Positions 40,427 through 51,972 of a DNA stretch of 64,000 bases are shown in pieces. Every line of letters begins with the position of its first letter. The first letter of the stretch is position 1. Location: contig OZ281494.1 in NCBI GenBank assembly GCA_965637545.1, positions 8,618,001 to 8,682,000 of the forward strand. Direction: 5' to 3'. The notes beneath the pieces were generated by a model, which was given only the letters and a program-made list of their open reading frames with translations, ran no database searches and was not told where the DNA came from. Origin of the DNA: Phallusia mammillata. Lineage: Eukaryota. Position numbers and translations under genes: made by a program.

Positions 40427-41450
40427 TCAGGGGGCTAGCGGGGTAAATACTAGGGTTATCGGGACAAACAAAGTGGGATGCACATCTACATAACTATATC
40501 TACCATCTGTATAAGTTTCAGCCACATCCATCAAGCATTTGATGGCAAAACGAGTCAGACAAACTTCGGGGAAAAAAACTTTTTAGGGGGCTAGCGGGGT
40601 AAATACTGGGGTTATCAACAAAAACAAAGTGGAATGCACATCTACATAACTACATCTACCATCTGTGTAAATTTCAGCTGAATCCATCAAACATTTGATA
40701 GAAAAACGAGTCGGACAAACTTCGGGGGAAAATACCGATTTTAGGTGGCTAGCGGGGTAAATACTGGGGTTATCAACAAAAACAAAGTGGGATGCACATC
40801 TACATAACTACATCTACCATCTGTGTAAATTTCAGCCAAATCTATCAAACATTTGATGGGAAAACGAGTCAGACAAACTTCGGGGAAAAAATACCCATTT
40901 TAGGGGGCTAGCGGGGTAAATACTGGCATGGGCGTCCGCAACGGGGGGCAAGAGGGGGGCAAGAGGGGGCGCGTCCCCCCCCCCCTCCCTGGAAAAAAGA
41001 AAAACACAAACGGTCGTAAAATCCGCATCTTTAAACAAAACCCAATAAACATTCACACAGTGTTATACAAAAACTATTCCTGGAGATACCTTCACTGTGT
41101 CTGTTGTTACATCTGATAAGGTTCGTGTATGTAAATCCTACTTCCGTTAAAAATCGTTTGCCAACCTTCAACATATTGCAGTAATAGTTGATATTGTGTT
41201 TATTGCACTACTTTGCTACATTGGGATTGGTAAGAATGAGTATTTTTGTTCTGAAATACCGTTTATCGAACGGCGATGTGACGATAGTTTGCCCTCCCCT
41301 GTATTTTTTCCTGCGGACGCCCATGAATACTGGGGTTATGAACAAAAACAAAGTGGGATGCACATCTACATAACTACATCTACCATCTGTGTAAATTTCA
41401 TCCAAATCCATCAAGGATTTGATGGAAAAACGAGTCGGACAAACTTTGGG
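40427..41450 (+). repeat. ~158-bp tandem repeat, 4 copies (fourth interrupted by a MITE)
   Basis: CTAGCGGGGT anchors at 40435, 40591, 40749 and 40908 (periods 156/158/159). Confidence 0.92.
40927..41325. mobile_element. hAT-type MITE, 399 bp, inserted in a satellite monomer
   Basis: Perfect 14-bp TIR CATGGGCGTCCGCA; perfect TSD AATACTGG. Confidence 0.93.
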
Positions 41451-41528
41451 GAGAAGAAAATTAAAAGAAAAAAACAAAGAAAAAAAACAAAAACATTTTG
41501 AGTAAAATCAATATGTGTCCCCTTAAGG

Positions 41529-41849
41529 CAGTGGTTCTCAAACTGTGGTACGCGTACCACTAGTGGTACGCCAGGACTTTTCAGGTGGTACGCGAGCAGC
41601 TTTCTATCATACCTAATTTAAGTCTGATCTAAAATTGCAACTCAACTGACCCAATTACTCAGTCCTGGTTTGGGCGAAACTCGTGTCTTGTACAGTCTTT
41701 TGAAATTACGAAATATGATAGACTATGTCAGGGCGAGAAAATGGCCCTATTTCTTGGTCTATCCATTCAAACAGGGTTTAGGAGGTGGTACGCAGCGATA
41801 AAGAAATTTGTCAGGTGGTACGCGGTCCGTATAAGATTGAGAATCACTG
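41529..41849. mobile_element. hAT (Charlie/Buster-type) MITE, 321 bp, inserted in the H1 terminal hairpin
   Basis: TIR CAGTGGTTCTCAA / CAGTGATTCTCAA; perfect TSD CCTTAAGG. Confidence 0.92.
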
Positions 41850-42521
41850 CCTTAAGGGAAGGGGACCCATAATTATTTGCTTTTTTATGTAAATATCTTA
41901 CCTTTTCCGCTCGGACAAAGTTCAGCAAGACAGTTGTTACGTAAAACCAGTTGAGGCTCAGTTATGTATTCGATGTCGGTCGCATTGATGTTTGCCAGCT
42001 CTCGAAGACGAGCTTCGTTGTATCTACTGCAATGAAAAGTTACAACTTTTTTTGTTTGCCATTCAATGTATGACACACCTGCCAAAACGTTGAAAAAATT
42101 GAAACTAAACGAGTTTCAAACTTTATGAAACAAATTAAAATAGGAGCTTCCACCATGACAACGAAGAAAAAAGATTTCTTAGCCATTTTACTTTACCGAT
42201 AATTTTTAAATTAAGTTCATAAGATTAGGAACGTATGCTTATGTACAGGTTTTTTTTTTAAGGTTTGGTTTGGGTGACCGCTAAGTAGTTTTAAGAGACC
42301 GCAAGTGTTTCATTTAAATACCAAAAAATCCAAAGTCCAAATTTTGGGAAACCGCTGGAGAAACCCAAAACACCTTAAAAAAACACTGCTTATGTATTGA
42401 CTGGTAGACCAGCAGGGCTCCCAACCTTTGCCATTCGAAAACGTGTTTGAAACAAAATCATCATTTTTCTTATTTAAACTGTAACATGCACTCCGCTTAG
42501 CTTGTAGCAATTTGATACCAC

Positions 42522-42914
42522 CAGCGCCGGATCAAGCCCTTTACAGACCCGTATCACGTTTTTAGTGTCCTGGTTAGTGGCGAGCAAAACCAGCCTAAAA
42601 GCAGCGACGACGACGCCACAAACTTTCTGAGCTGCCCTTTTTCTTGGTACCCTAAGCCAGTGGTTCTTAAACTTTTTTTGTTGCGACGCCCCTGGAAAAG
42701 TTTTCTGGACTTGCGACGCACCAACAAAAAAAAGTTAATGAGGAAACTTATTATTAAAGTTATGTTTATTGATACAATAACAAAACCCACGAAACGCAAC
42801 TATTCTGCGACGCCCTTGGAAAACTAAAAAGACGCACATGGGCGTCGCGACGCACAGTTTGAGAACTACTGCCCTAAGCAATTGCGTACTTTGCCTAATG
42901 GTTAATCCAGCCTA
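42522..42914. mobile_element. Older hAT MITE (~170 bp when empty) with a nested MITE
   Basis: Termini CAGCGCCGGATCAAG / TAGGCTGGATTAAC; TSD GATACCAC / CATACCAC (7/8). Confidence 0.65.
42658..42871. mobile_element. hAT (Charlie/Buster-type) MITE, 214 bp
   Basis: TIR CAGTGGTTCTTAAACT / CAGTAGTTCTCAAACT; perfect TSD CCCTAAGC; GCGACGC repeats. Confidence 0.92.
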
Positions 42915-43128
42915 CATACCACAATGAAATAGCAATATCGCGAAACCAAATAAAACGCACCGAAACGGAGCGTACATTTAAAGTGCTTATTACAGTTTGG
43001 AAACTACGTAAAATTTTGCGACTTGCATCAGTTATGACTTTTTCACGATAAATGTCAAAATACTGCAATCTGTTTAGGAAGCCCTGGTGTAAATCAAGCA
43101 AAAAGTCAGCATGAGTGACTGAAATAAC

Positions 43129-43643
43129 TAGTGATGTACCGAATTGGCTAAATTTCGATTCGGCCGAAACCGAATATTCGGCGGTTTTGCCGAATAAATT
43201 CGGCCGAATCAACCGAATCATTTATGACGTCACGCGAAGTCGCACGCTTCGCGTTTAACGTGAAAAAAATGCTCATCTACCAGGCAACCAGTGCAAAATA
43301 GTTGTGTTTCGTCCTTATTTCAGTTCTATGGGGTTTAAAACTGCCTTAAGCATGATTGGCAACCTACCAATGAATTATATACTAATTTTTTTACTACCGT
43401 GGGAAAAACGATAATGTGTTGAAAAAGATAAACATTGACGCAATTTTCGTTATGTTTGGGCTTTTGAAAGATTGCGTGGACCATAATAAGCAGAAAAGAC
43501 ACGTTTAACGATTTAAATTTGTGTTCGTAAAAGATTCGGTTTCGGCCGAATCGCAACAAATTATTCGGCCGAAACCGAATCTTTGCAAAAATGATCGATT
43601 CGGCCGAATAAATTCGGCAAACCGAATATTCGGTACATCTCTA
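43129..43643. mobile_element. hAT-type MITE, 515 bp, with palindromic subterminal arrays
   Basis: TIR TAGTGATGTACCGAAT / TAGAGATGTACCGAAT; perfect TSD GAAATAAC; many TTCGGCCGAA / CCGAAT motifs at both ends. Confidence 0.92.
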
Positions 43644-43746
43644 GAAATAACCCCTCCACGTGGAAAAAGGCACTCCTAAACGCAAACAATAGCTCAGTTG
43701 CCCACCTTTATATGCAGTGCAAAAAAGAGTACAACATACTTTAGCT

Positions 43747-44054
43747 CAGTGGTTCCCAACCAGGGCCCATGGGCGTATAGATTCACAAGAAACACCAACT
43801 AAAAGTCATTTTCACTTTAGCTTTATTCCCGAATTTAATCGACTATTTCACAAACTATTTGTTTATAGTGAGGTTTATCACGCTCATTTACTCTATTAGA
43901 CCTGTTTAAGGCCAAAATTAATACCGCATTCCAACGCGAGATTGCTATCTACATTTTAAGTGGCCTCAGGTCCTACATGGTAACTTGAAGGGGGCCACGA
44001 GGCCAAAAAGTTACTTTAAGGGGGCCATGGTCCACGAAAGGTTGGGAACCACTG
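43747..44054. mobile_element. hAT (Charlie/Buster-type) MITE, 308 bp
   Basis: Perfect TIR CAGTGGTTCCCAACC; TSD CTTTAGCT / CTTTAGTT. Confidence 0.9.
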
Positions 44055-44502
44055 CTTTAGTTGCAGAATTGACTATAAGACTGCGCAAGGCAAATAAACG
44101 GATTTAGCCATATGTTTTTGCAAGAATTTACATTTGTTCCTGCAATATTTACTTGCTGCTACCATGAGGCCAAAAGCCAAATAATTACAAATTGGTCCAT
44201 TAAATCGATGTAATGCGTTGAACCCTGTTCATGCATTTCTGCTATAGCGCGTTGTTGGAATAAAACAAGACTTCGGAATCAATTATTTACAGGTTGTTTC
44301 CTAAGTACTGCGAAAACGAAAGTGGCGTAACTAACCGGTCACAAAGCCGTGAATACCGAACACACATGTCCATGTGAACGACTTTATAGGACCAGATATT
44401 TTGCAAATACCTTCATTTTCTTTTCTTTTTAAAACCAGTTACTTGTCTGCACTTTTAGACAAATTAGCGAACGTTCGTAAAAGCGTTAGTGTTGCTGTAA
44501 AG

Positions 44503-44835
44503 CAGTGGTTCCCAACCTGGGTTTCGGAACTACTTTTTTGTGATTTTTATCTCCATTGTGACATCACAACACACATGAAAAATGAAATTTGTGGTGCTTT
44601 GTTTTAACCTTTGTACACTAGAAAATGTGTCTCTTTGTTGCTGCAGCACAGAACTTCATTGAGATTTAAGGACTCAATAAGACTGATTAAAATGCCGCCC
44701 AAAAATATATTAACATGTAATGTAATGCAAGAAACGAAAAACATAGAGAGACTTACGGAAAATTACGTTGGGTGTACGCTGGCGTATAAAATTTATAAAA
44801 GGGGTCCGTGACTACAAAAAGGTTGGGGACCACTG
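44503..44835. mobile_element. hAT (Charlie/Buster-type) MITE, 333 bp
   Basis: TIR CAGTGGTTCCCAACCT / CAGTGGTCCCCAACCT; TSD CTGTAAAG / GTGTAAAG. Confidence 0.9.
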
Positions 44836-45961
44836 GTGTAAAGGTAAAAAAGCACAAATTGCTTCAGAATACGTACTTTACTACCACAAATGACAAGCAA
44901 CCGGTTACCAATAATATTGTCATGGCCGATTTACAGGATTTAATGTTGTAATATAAATTTGTACATTCGTAAAGCCGGATTATTTGCAAAAAAATTGTTT
45001 TAGGAAACACATACGTATCTGAAACGACTTAGTCTAGTTCGAATATCTTAAAATAAGCAGTTTAATGGAAGTGGTTTAGAAGCCAAGCCGGTTAATCGAG
45101 ACAGGGCGTCCAATCTAATACAAATATTGACTTAATGCTTGGAGATTGTTGACCCGTCTGTTACGTCACTTACCAATTCTTGTGACGAAATACGTTTTCA
45201 GCGCTAGTTAAGTTCATGGTTAGGCTGTTTGCTTTCCAATTCAAAGCGGGTAAATTATTACCCAACACAGGTTCAAAAGTTATGTAGCAGGCAGAACTAG
45301 CCGTGTTCGACCAAGGGACAAGATAATAATTAATTGACAGAATTCGACTTTTGACTGTTTGCAAACCATTATACTGAATAACATTAAACCAAATGGAGTG
45401 ATTTGCAATCCAAACGCCAGTACAGGGTCTATTGACCAACTTTATATATACCCATTATACAGCCTTAGAGCCGGTATTACATCAGTTTCTGTCTCTGTAA
45501 ACGTAAAATCGCAGCTAAGGTCTTGTGCTTGCGGTAGACGTTTCCATAAATTGCGCGCACAAACGTGATAGACTGTATACAGCACTCGCATTTCAGGTCC
45601 AATACATTTGCATTTAATTCTTGATAATTGAGTGCTAAACAGGGCAAATGTGTGCGACAGCAGCGGTTAACCAATCATCATAACGCCTCATTTGTTTGGC
45701 TTCTATTTTTCATGCCCAACTCATACAACTGCTTTTAGTTTTTGTCTGTGGTGACCTACACGGTTTTCACATCAGTGAAAACTATTGATAAGGGGAGAGA
45801 GTCAACTTTTTACACGTCAACTTATTACACAAAGTTTTATTTTCTTTGCGTTTTGGTTTTTCCATTCATTTGCTGTCCGTTTTAATGGCTCCACAATAAC
45901 AAATAAAAAGGAGTATAATACTTGCGTAGATTAGTAGCCAAACATTGGCTATTCTCTAACA

Positions 45962-46175
45962 TAGTAGTTATCAAACTGTGCATCGCGACGCCCTGGTGCG
46001 TCGTTTCAATTTTCCAAGGGCGTCGCAGAATAGTTCCCTTTCGATGCTTTTTTTGTTGTATCAATAAACACAACTTCAATATTAAGTTTCCTCATTAACT
46101 TTTATTTGCTGGTGCGTCGCAAGTCCAGAAAACTTTTCGAGGGGCGTCGCAATAAAAAAAGTTTGAGAACCACTG
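45962..46175. mobile_element. hAT MITE, 214 bp, inverted sister of 42658..42871
   Basis: Same length and GCGACGC internal motifs in opposite orientation; TIR TAGTAGTTATCAAACT / CAGTGGTTCTCAAACT; TSD only half conserved (CTCTAACA / CTCTTGTC). Confidence 0.82.
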
Positions 46176-46726
46176 CTCTTGTCTGATGTATATAAATCAT
46201 TGGGTTTCTTTTTACAAGTTGGCATTTCACTTTCACATTTATGTTTGCAAAGTATAGGCTGAACTTTAGTGTTTAGCGAAAACCTCCAACCAGCAACTAG
46301 AATGGTGGCTTTCTGATATACTTCCATTTTATATATTCTATACGATATTTACCAATTTACTATACACATCATTTGATCTACACATATGATTGTTTTTGTA
46401 AACAAAAACTAATGGGTCCCCACACGCGTGTTTGTGCGGATTTACGGTAAACAAATGTTGCGGTGATTTTTAAATTCTTAAGAACAAATTTTTAGAAAGC
46501 GTTAACCCAACAATGAAAAATTGTGTTGTATTTTTTTGCACTATTATTGTCGTATAATTACAAAAGCATTAAAAAAGAACGAAACAAATACTTTCAATTT
46601 AATCTCTTGCTTTGACCCAGATATTGTCGTCCAAGGTCGGGTTTTAAACACAATTTTTTTCTAGAAAGCTGTAACAGTTGTGTTACAGACAATTAAAATA
46701 CGATTTGCTGCAAGTGTATACATAAC

Positions 46727-46787
46727 TTTTCATTTAACTTTGTTTCGCAAAACGAGTTTTTCATTTAACTTTGTTTCGCAAAACGAG
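46727..46787. repeat. 31-bp tandem duplication
   Basis: TTTTCATTTAACTTTGTTTCGCAAAACGAG at 46727 and 46758. Confidence 0.9.
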
Positions 46788-47364
46788 TACCATTGACCTG
46801 TAGTAACCTTTAGGGTGCACACACCAAACGACTGTTTGACCTTTTGACACCGTTTTCAATAGCACGCCGTCCTTGGTGTTCAACAACACCGTTTGACCTA
46901 ATTTATACATGCCTTGAGTATTTGATTCAAAAAAAAACAAAAAACGCTACGTTATGGCGAAAGAAAGTTCTGAACTGTGTTAGTAATACCTACTAATTGA
47001 CCTTAAGTAACCCGTGGTCATGCAGCGGCCAACCTAACAACGAGCATTTAAAAAAAACTTTTATCTTGCAAAAAAGTCAAGTTTATTTTTTCATATTTAG
47101 TTTGTTTAACAAAGTTTTGCTTGACATTATACGAAACCGAAGCACGCTTATTAGGTTTAAATCGCGTCATATGTGTGAAACCTTTGCCAAAACTGAAAAT
47201 GTGAGTGATAACTTAATAAAACGACATGCATTGCTGTGCAAAACAGCTGATTTCTAATCACCGAAACGACGTCTCGTAAAACGTCTGTCCGACGTCAAGC
47301 TGAGCCCTCCCGCTCTGCCCTATTATTCGTAAACGTACTCTCTTGGGACTTCTGCCTACAGTGT

Positions 47365-47860
47365 CTTTCTTGACCAAACGAGCGTTAGACACATTTACGT
47401 TTCGGGGGTCTGTGGGTGTGTCGCTGGGTCATTCGGGGTCAAACTTCAGGTGGATCAAGTTCAGATTAATATCTAACATATGTCCAAATTTGAATAAATT
47501 TGAAGCACTCTTTCTTTACTAAACGACCGTTACAAACCAGCGTTAAAAATTTTACGTTTCGGGGGCCTGTGGGTGAACCGCTGGGTAATTTGGGGTCAAA
47601 CTTCTGGTTGACCAAGTTTGAATTAATATCTAACATATGTCCAAATTTCAATAAATTTGAAGTACGCTTTCTTCACTAAACGAGCGTTACAGACCAGCGT
47701 TAAAAATTTTACGTTTCGGGGGCCTGTGGGTGAACCGCTGGGTAATTTGGGGTCAAACTTCACGTGGACCAAGTTTGGATTAATATCTAACATATGTCCA
47801 AATTTGAATAAATTTGAAGCACTCTTTCTTGACCAAACGAGCGTTACAAACCAGCGTTAG
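47365..47860 (+). repeat. 157-bp tandem repeat, 3 copies plus a partial
   Basis: CTTTCTT anchors at 47365, 47510, 47667 and 47824 (periods 145/157/157). Confidence 0.92.
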
Positions 47861-50013
47861 ACAGAAAAAAGAAAAAAGAAAAAAGAAAAAAGAAAAAAAG
47901 AAAAAAAAAATACGGACAAAAACAATATGTGTCCCCTTCAGGGAAGGGGACCCATAATGAAGACAAAAAATACGAGGTTATAAGTTATGAAGAGAAACAC
48001 CGCGACAATGTTATAACAATCTTAATTTTTTTTACAAAAGGAACCGACATTTCGACATTATCACAATATTTTCTCGGGCCTGCGTTTCGGCTTTAAGAAT
48101 ACCTTCTTGGTAATGACATGAAATTCAGTACGTCGAAGCTTTGCGTTTCAATCGGTTCGAATATCGTGAGCCGCTGGGTTTTTACATGAAAAATGCAACA
48201 GACGATCAAGAGAAAATACACTCAGTCTGTTCTCCCCTTGGTTGTTAACTCTGATAACGAAAAAGCTTTAGCTGGAAGTGCATGGTTTAAAAAAGAAATT
48301 AGATAAAATGGGTACGCCATGCCTGTTAAAGGCGTGTAACCGAATCAGCTGGTCTCCCAAGCATTCCCATATGGCAAAGCACTGGCTAAAAAATCTAAAC
48401 ATATTCCAATGCAATCGCATCATAATAGAGAGAGACGGATCCATCATGTGTTATACATATGAAAAACTTCGAACAAGCGAAAAAATTACAATACTACAAA
48501 ACTAGGTGACACACTTTCAACGACAAATGATTTGTAGTTTATTGCTCAAATCCAAATGATTGGTGCATGTTTAAAAGTATGAACTTTTTTCAGGACAAGA
48601 CAATCGTAAACCTTAGCATAGCATTATACGACATACTGTAAGTCACAAGACGCGGCGCTGGCACGTTTCACCACGTGATGTGACGATTTCGACGTCGCGG
48701 ACCACAAAGGTGTTAATTTCATTTAGGCAAACACCGCGGAACAATGAATTTCAGGAATATATGAACATTTATGCACAGTATATGGGAACATATCACGTCA
48801 GCGAAAAAGAAATTTGCTGCTGTTCACTTATACAGTAACAAAACGTCCCTAAATGGTTTTCCGCATTATAATTTAGTTTCAACCAAATCTTTCAAATCAC
48901 GATTATGTTATGTATTTTAATCAAGCAGTGCGTAAAATTCGAAACAAGGCTTTTGTGTCAGAGGATTGCAATTGCTTTCACGTTTTTACATAGGATAACG
49001 CTAAAACTAATAGAAGATTGCGCTGACTATATAGTTCTCATTATCACGTACTTAAATAGTAATGTTCAACCTAAAAACGGCCAACCATCATAAGATGTAC
49101 AATTAATGTTTGTTTGCGTTAGAGAAAACGTACAGTTAATGTGCAAAGAACAAAGTTGTTTACGTTATTAGACAAAACGTAAGCAAAGGACAATGATTTG
49201 TTTACATTAGAGAAAACGTCAACGGACGTTGCATATAAGGAAAGGCGGAATGATTTTACTATTTGGCTTGCCTGTTTTAAATTATGTTCTATAAACTGAG
49301 CACAAGTTTCTGTACCGTTTTTCGATGTATCGCGTTTTTTGTGTGTAAGTCAGGCGGAAAGTAAAACGCAACGCAAAATTTAAGTTCAATGCTGCGGAAT
49401 TTTGAAACTTGTGGATATAAGGTTGACGCCCTCGTTATGCTCTAAGCGGCAGCTGCTAAACCACGCAGTAATTTCATTAAAGGAATTTACAAAACAAGTT
49501 TTGTACTTGTCAAAAAAACGGTGCGAATCCTAATTACAGTTTAAAACCACACACTTGCCAAACAAGCCAAAATGTTTGCCATTATGTAGAACTGCCTTCC
49601 AAATAAGGTAAACATTCAGGCTTGTTGGACAGAATTTGGCGAACATTCAAGACAGACTTTACATCATAAACGCCTTGATGATAGTACACAGGTACTAAAG
49701 TGATATAGTCGTTGCCACACGTCACAATGCATACGACCTCTTGTCAAAAGAGGAAACATCCGTTTATCAATCAAAACAGTTGCGGTTTGTTATACACCCT
49801 ACCTACTACGCTACTCATTTTTATATTGTTTACAAAATGGATATTTGGGGTGGGTGGTTTTTAGGAAGTGCCAAACCTTGTTGACAGTTTCGCCAGGAAA
49901 CGCGATTACTGCCAGTTTTGCTGTAGAACAACAATATGCTGGTAAGCTAAAAAAAGACCAGAGCCTTCTGCCGTGTCCACTGTTCACATCACGATATTTG
50001 CAAGACAGTGTAC

Positions 50014-50106
50014 CGTTAAGTTTTGTAAAACAATCGCCAACATATGGTAACCAGGCGTGTGTAACACAATACAATTTGCATTTGCCACACGAACGACCTT
50101 CACAAA
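50014..50106 (-). CDS. Candidate stem exon of GT31 paralogue B
   Basis: Strong acceptor ctcaattttactttcag; CEGRSCGKCKLYCVTHAWLPYVGDCFTKLN, phase 1 donor joins in frame to DVSWHLVIFVKS; WL-x5-C spacing equals paralogue A (WLKVDPPC); its phase 1 acceptor does not fit the candidate TM exon. Confidence 0.35.
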
Positions 50107-51720
50107 CTGAAAGTAAAATTGAGGAGCAGGTATTAAAATCTTATTGTTAGTCACTTGTTCATCATAAAAAGATATGCGTCACATTCTTTGAAAGTCAACA
50201 AAAACGGCGCATTCGAAGAGGTTGTTTACGAGATTTTAAACAATTGGAACGTTAACCTTGCACCGTTATATTCACGTTGGTACCAACTATTTTCAAACAA
50301 AGGCATTTTTTGCAAGTCATCCCCCTTTTTTAAAATTTTCCAATAATACCAACAAACAAAAAATCAAACCAAGACAGCGGTGTTACACAGCATGACTGTT
50401 AACAAAAGACAATACTTTAAACCGTTTTGTAAAAAAGCTGCTCTAAAATGTGCCCTGTAATGTTGCCTTTTATGACATAGCTTCGAGGAAGTTGCATCAG
50501 GGGTTGATTAAAGTCCACTCCAGGGTGGTGGGGGACTAACCATCAGTAAGCAGGTGCTTACAGGCCATCGAAGAGATGGGGCACCATACAACTTTTTATA
50601 AACCAAAGTTTAGTGGTGACTCAGAATTTAAATGATGATGTTTTTTCAGTTATGTTGTATCGCTTTCTGTTGGTGTACAATCGCAACAATCCAACTCCAG
50701 TTTTAGCTTTGAAGCTCGATTCGCTGGACAACAAACTATACCCTCTCTCCAGCCACAGGCTACCGCTGCATGGGGCACCAAATTCATAAAAGCTTGGTGC
50801 TTTAAACGGACTTATCCGACTCGGTCCCAAACATAAAAAACGATGTAACGTGATTTGAGGTAGCGTAAACAAATGAGCTGGACGCATGCTCAGAGTATAA
50901 GGTACGGTTCCTAGCCCTTTCTTGTTGTAATCTCACAGAGAGCCGCTTACATACAAGACAAAAAACGTGCTACGTCTTCGGCGCAGGCGTCATGGAAGTT
51001 GTTATGTAACATGCAATAACGAACCTTTGTGATTGTTTTTGAGCATACACAACAAACCCGACATCCTATGTCACAGGTACATATACAACGTTTTGTACCA
51101 CACTGAAAATAGCCCTTGCAGTTGACTTCTTAGACAAGTGCCTTTTTATGTTATATGTTATGTTACTGAAGGCGTTTTTACATTTTGTACAAGTGCAACT
51201 TCTATGTTACAGAAGTCGAGCGCACCAAATTTGTACATGGTCACGGCGTACATGGTAAGAAAGGTCACCTATAGACAGCCGAGTTGAACAACCAAATGTT
51301 TGAAAAGCCTTATCGATTTCGTGAGCGTAAAGGCAAGCTCCAGTCTCCAAACGGACGACCCGTAGCAAAAGGATCGATGGTTTTGCCCCAACACAATTGC
51401 TTTCAGACTCCGTAATACGATATATGTTTCCTGGATCGAGTCACAATGATGGCTGATCCAAACGTTTTACTATTCATCAGAAATCGAAGGAAACGCTTAA
51501 ACAGTGCTGCACTGTATGTTTTTGGTTAACGCGGTTCTGTTTCAGGCGTACTGTTGAAATTAAAAAACAAAACATTCATCCGACCAGGTCCTTAATTGCG
51601 GTTCGCAAGACCAGAATCTACCATAGACACAGCACACGTATTGTCCCCCCTAATGAACCTACTAAACCGGACAGCAAATGCGCGTTTTTCAAGCAATGCT
51701 ATTCACATATGGAAACCTAC

Positions 51721-51852
51721 TGTGTGCTGGCGACATAGCTGATCAATCCGTAACAGCCGATCAGCGAAGTCGACACCAGAATGAGGTAAACTCTAAATAT
51801 TTGCCAATCAGAAGGGTGCATTTGTTGGTAATGGTAATCGTCACGGCGGCGT
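51721..51852 (-). CDS. Candidate signal-anchor exon of GT31 paralogue B
   Basis: CTGAC branch plus cctttcag acceptor; RRRDDYHYQQMHPSDWQIFRVYLILVSTSLIGCYGLISYVAST; donor CA|GTAGGT phase 2 right after the TM, as in A and C. Confidence 0.45.
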
Positions 51853-51946
51853 CTGAAAGGCAAATGTCAGGCATAATGTCACATATGATCGATCAACACA
51901 AATGTCAGTCACCTTCGCCGTCTTGAATGCAGTGATGCCATGTTAC

Positions 51947-51972
51947 CTTGGTCGGCCTGGGCTGTCAGTCAT
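51947..51972 (-). CDS. Candidate start exon of GT31 paralogue B (MTDSPGRP)
   Basis: ATG at 51972, donor AG|GTAACA, 94-nt intron in phase with 51852; frame open back to an acceptor at 52025. Confidence 0.35.

Larger units (their letters stand above)
40073..41873 (+). mobile_element. Helentron/HINE-like non-autonomous element H1 carrying a satellite core
   Basis: Left subterminal ATGGGTCCCC (40095-40104) inverted against GGGGACCCAT (41861-41870); 3' hairpin; tandem core; A-rich tract; left ~35 bp and right ~35 bp shared with 46390..47958; left boundary approximate. Confidence 0.65.
46390..47958 (+). mobile_element. Helentron/HINE-like non-autonomous element H2 carrying a different satellite core
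   Basis: ATGGGTCCCC at 46412-46421 vs GGGGACCCAT at 47946-47955; perfect 9-bp hairpin GTCCCCTTC-agg-GAAGGGGAC (47931-47951); (GAAAAAA)n at ~47864-47910; tandem core. Confidence 0.65.

Noticed and set aside
40427-47860. Regular repeats as a CRISPR array
   Set aside because: Monomers are contiguous ~157-bp units without unique spacers, there are no cas genes, and the context is eukaryotic.
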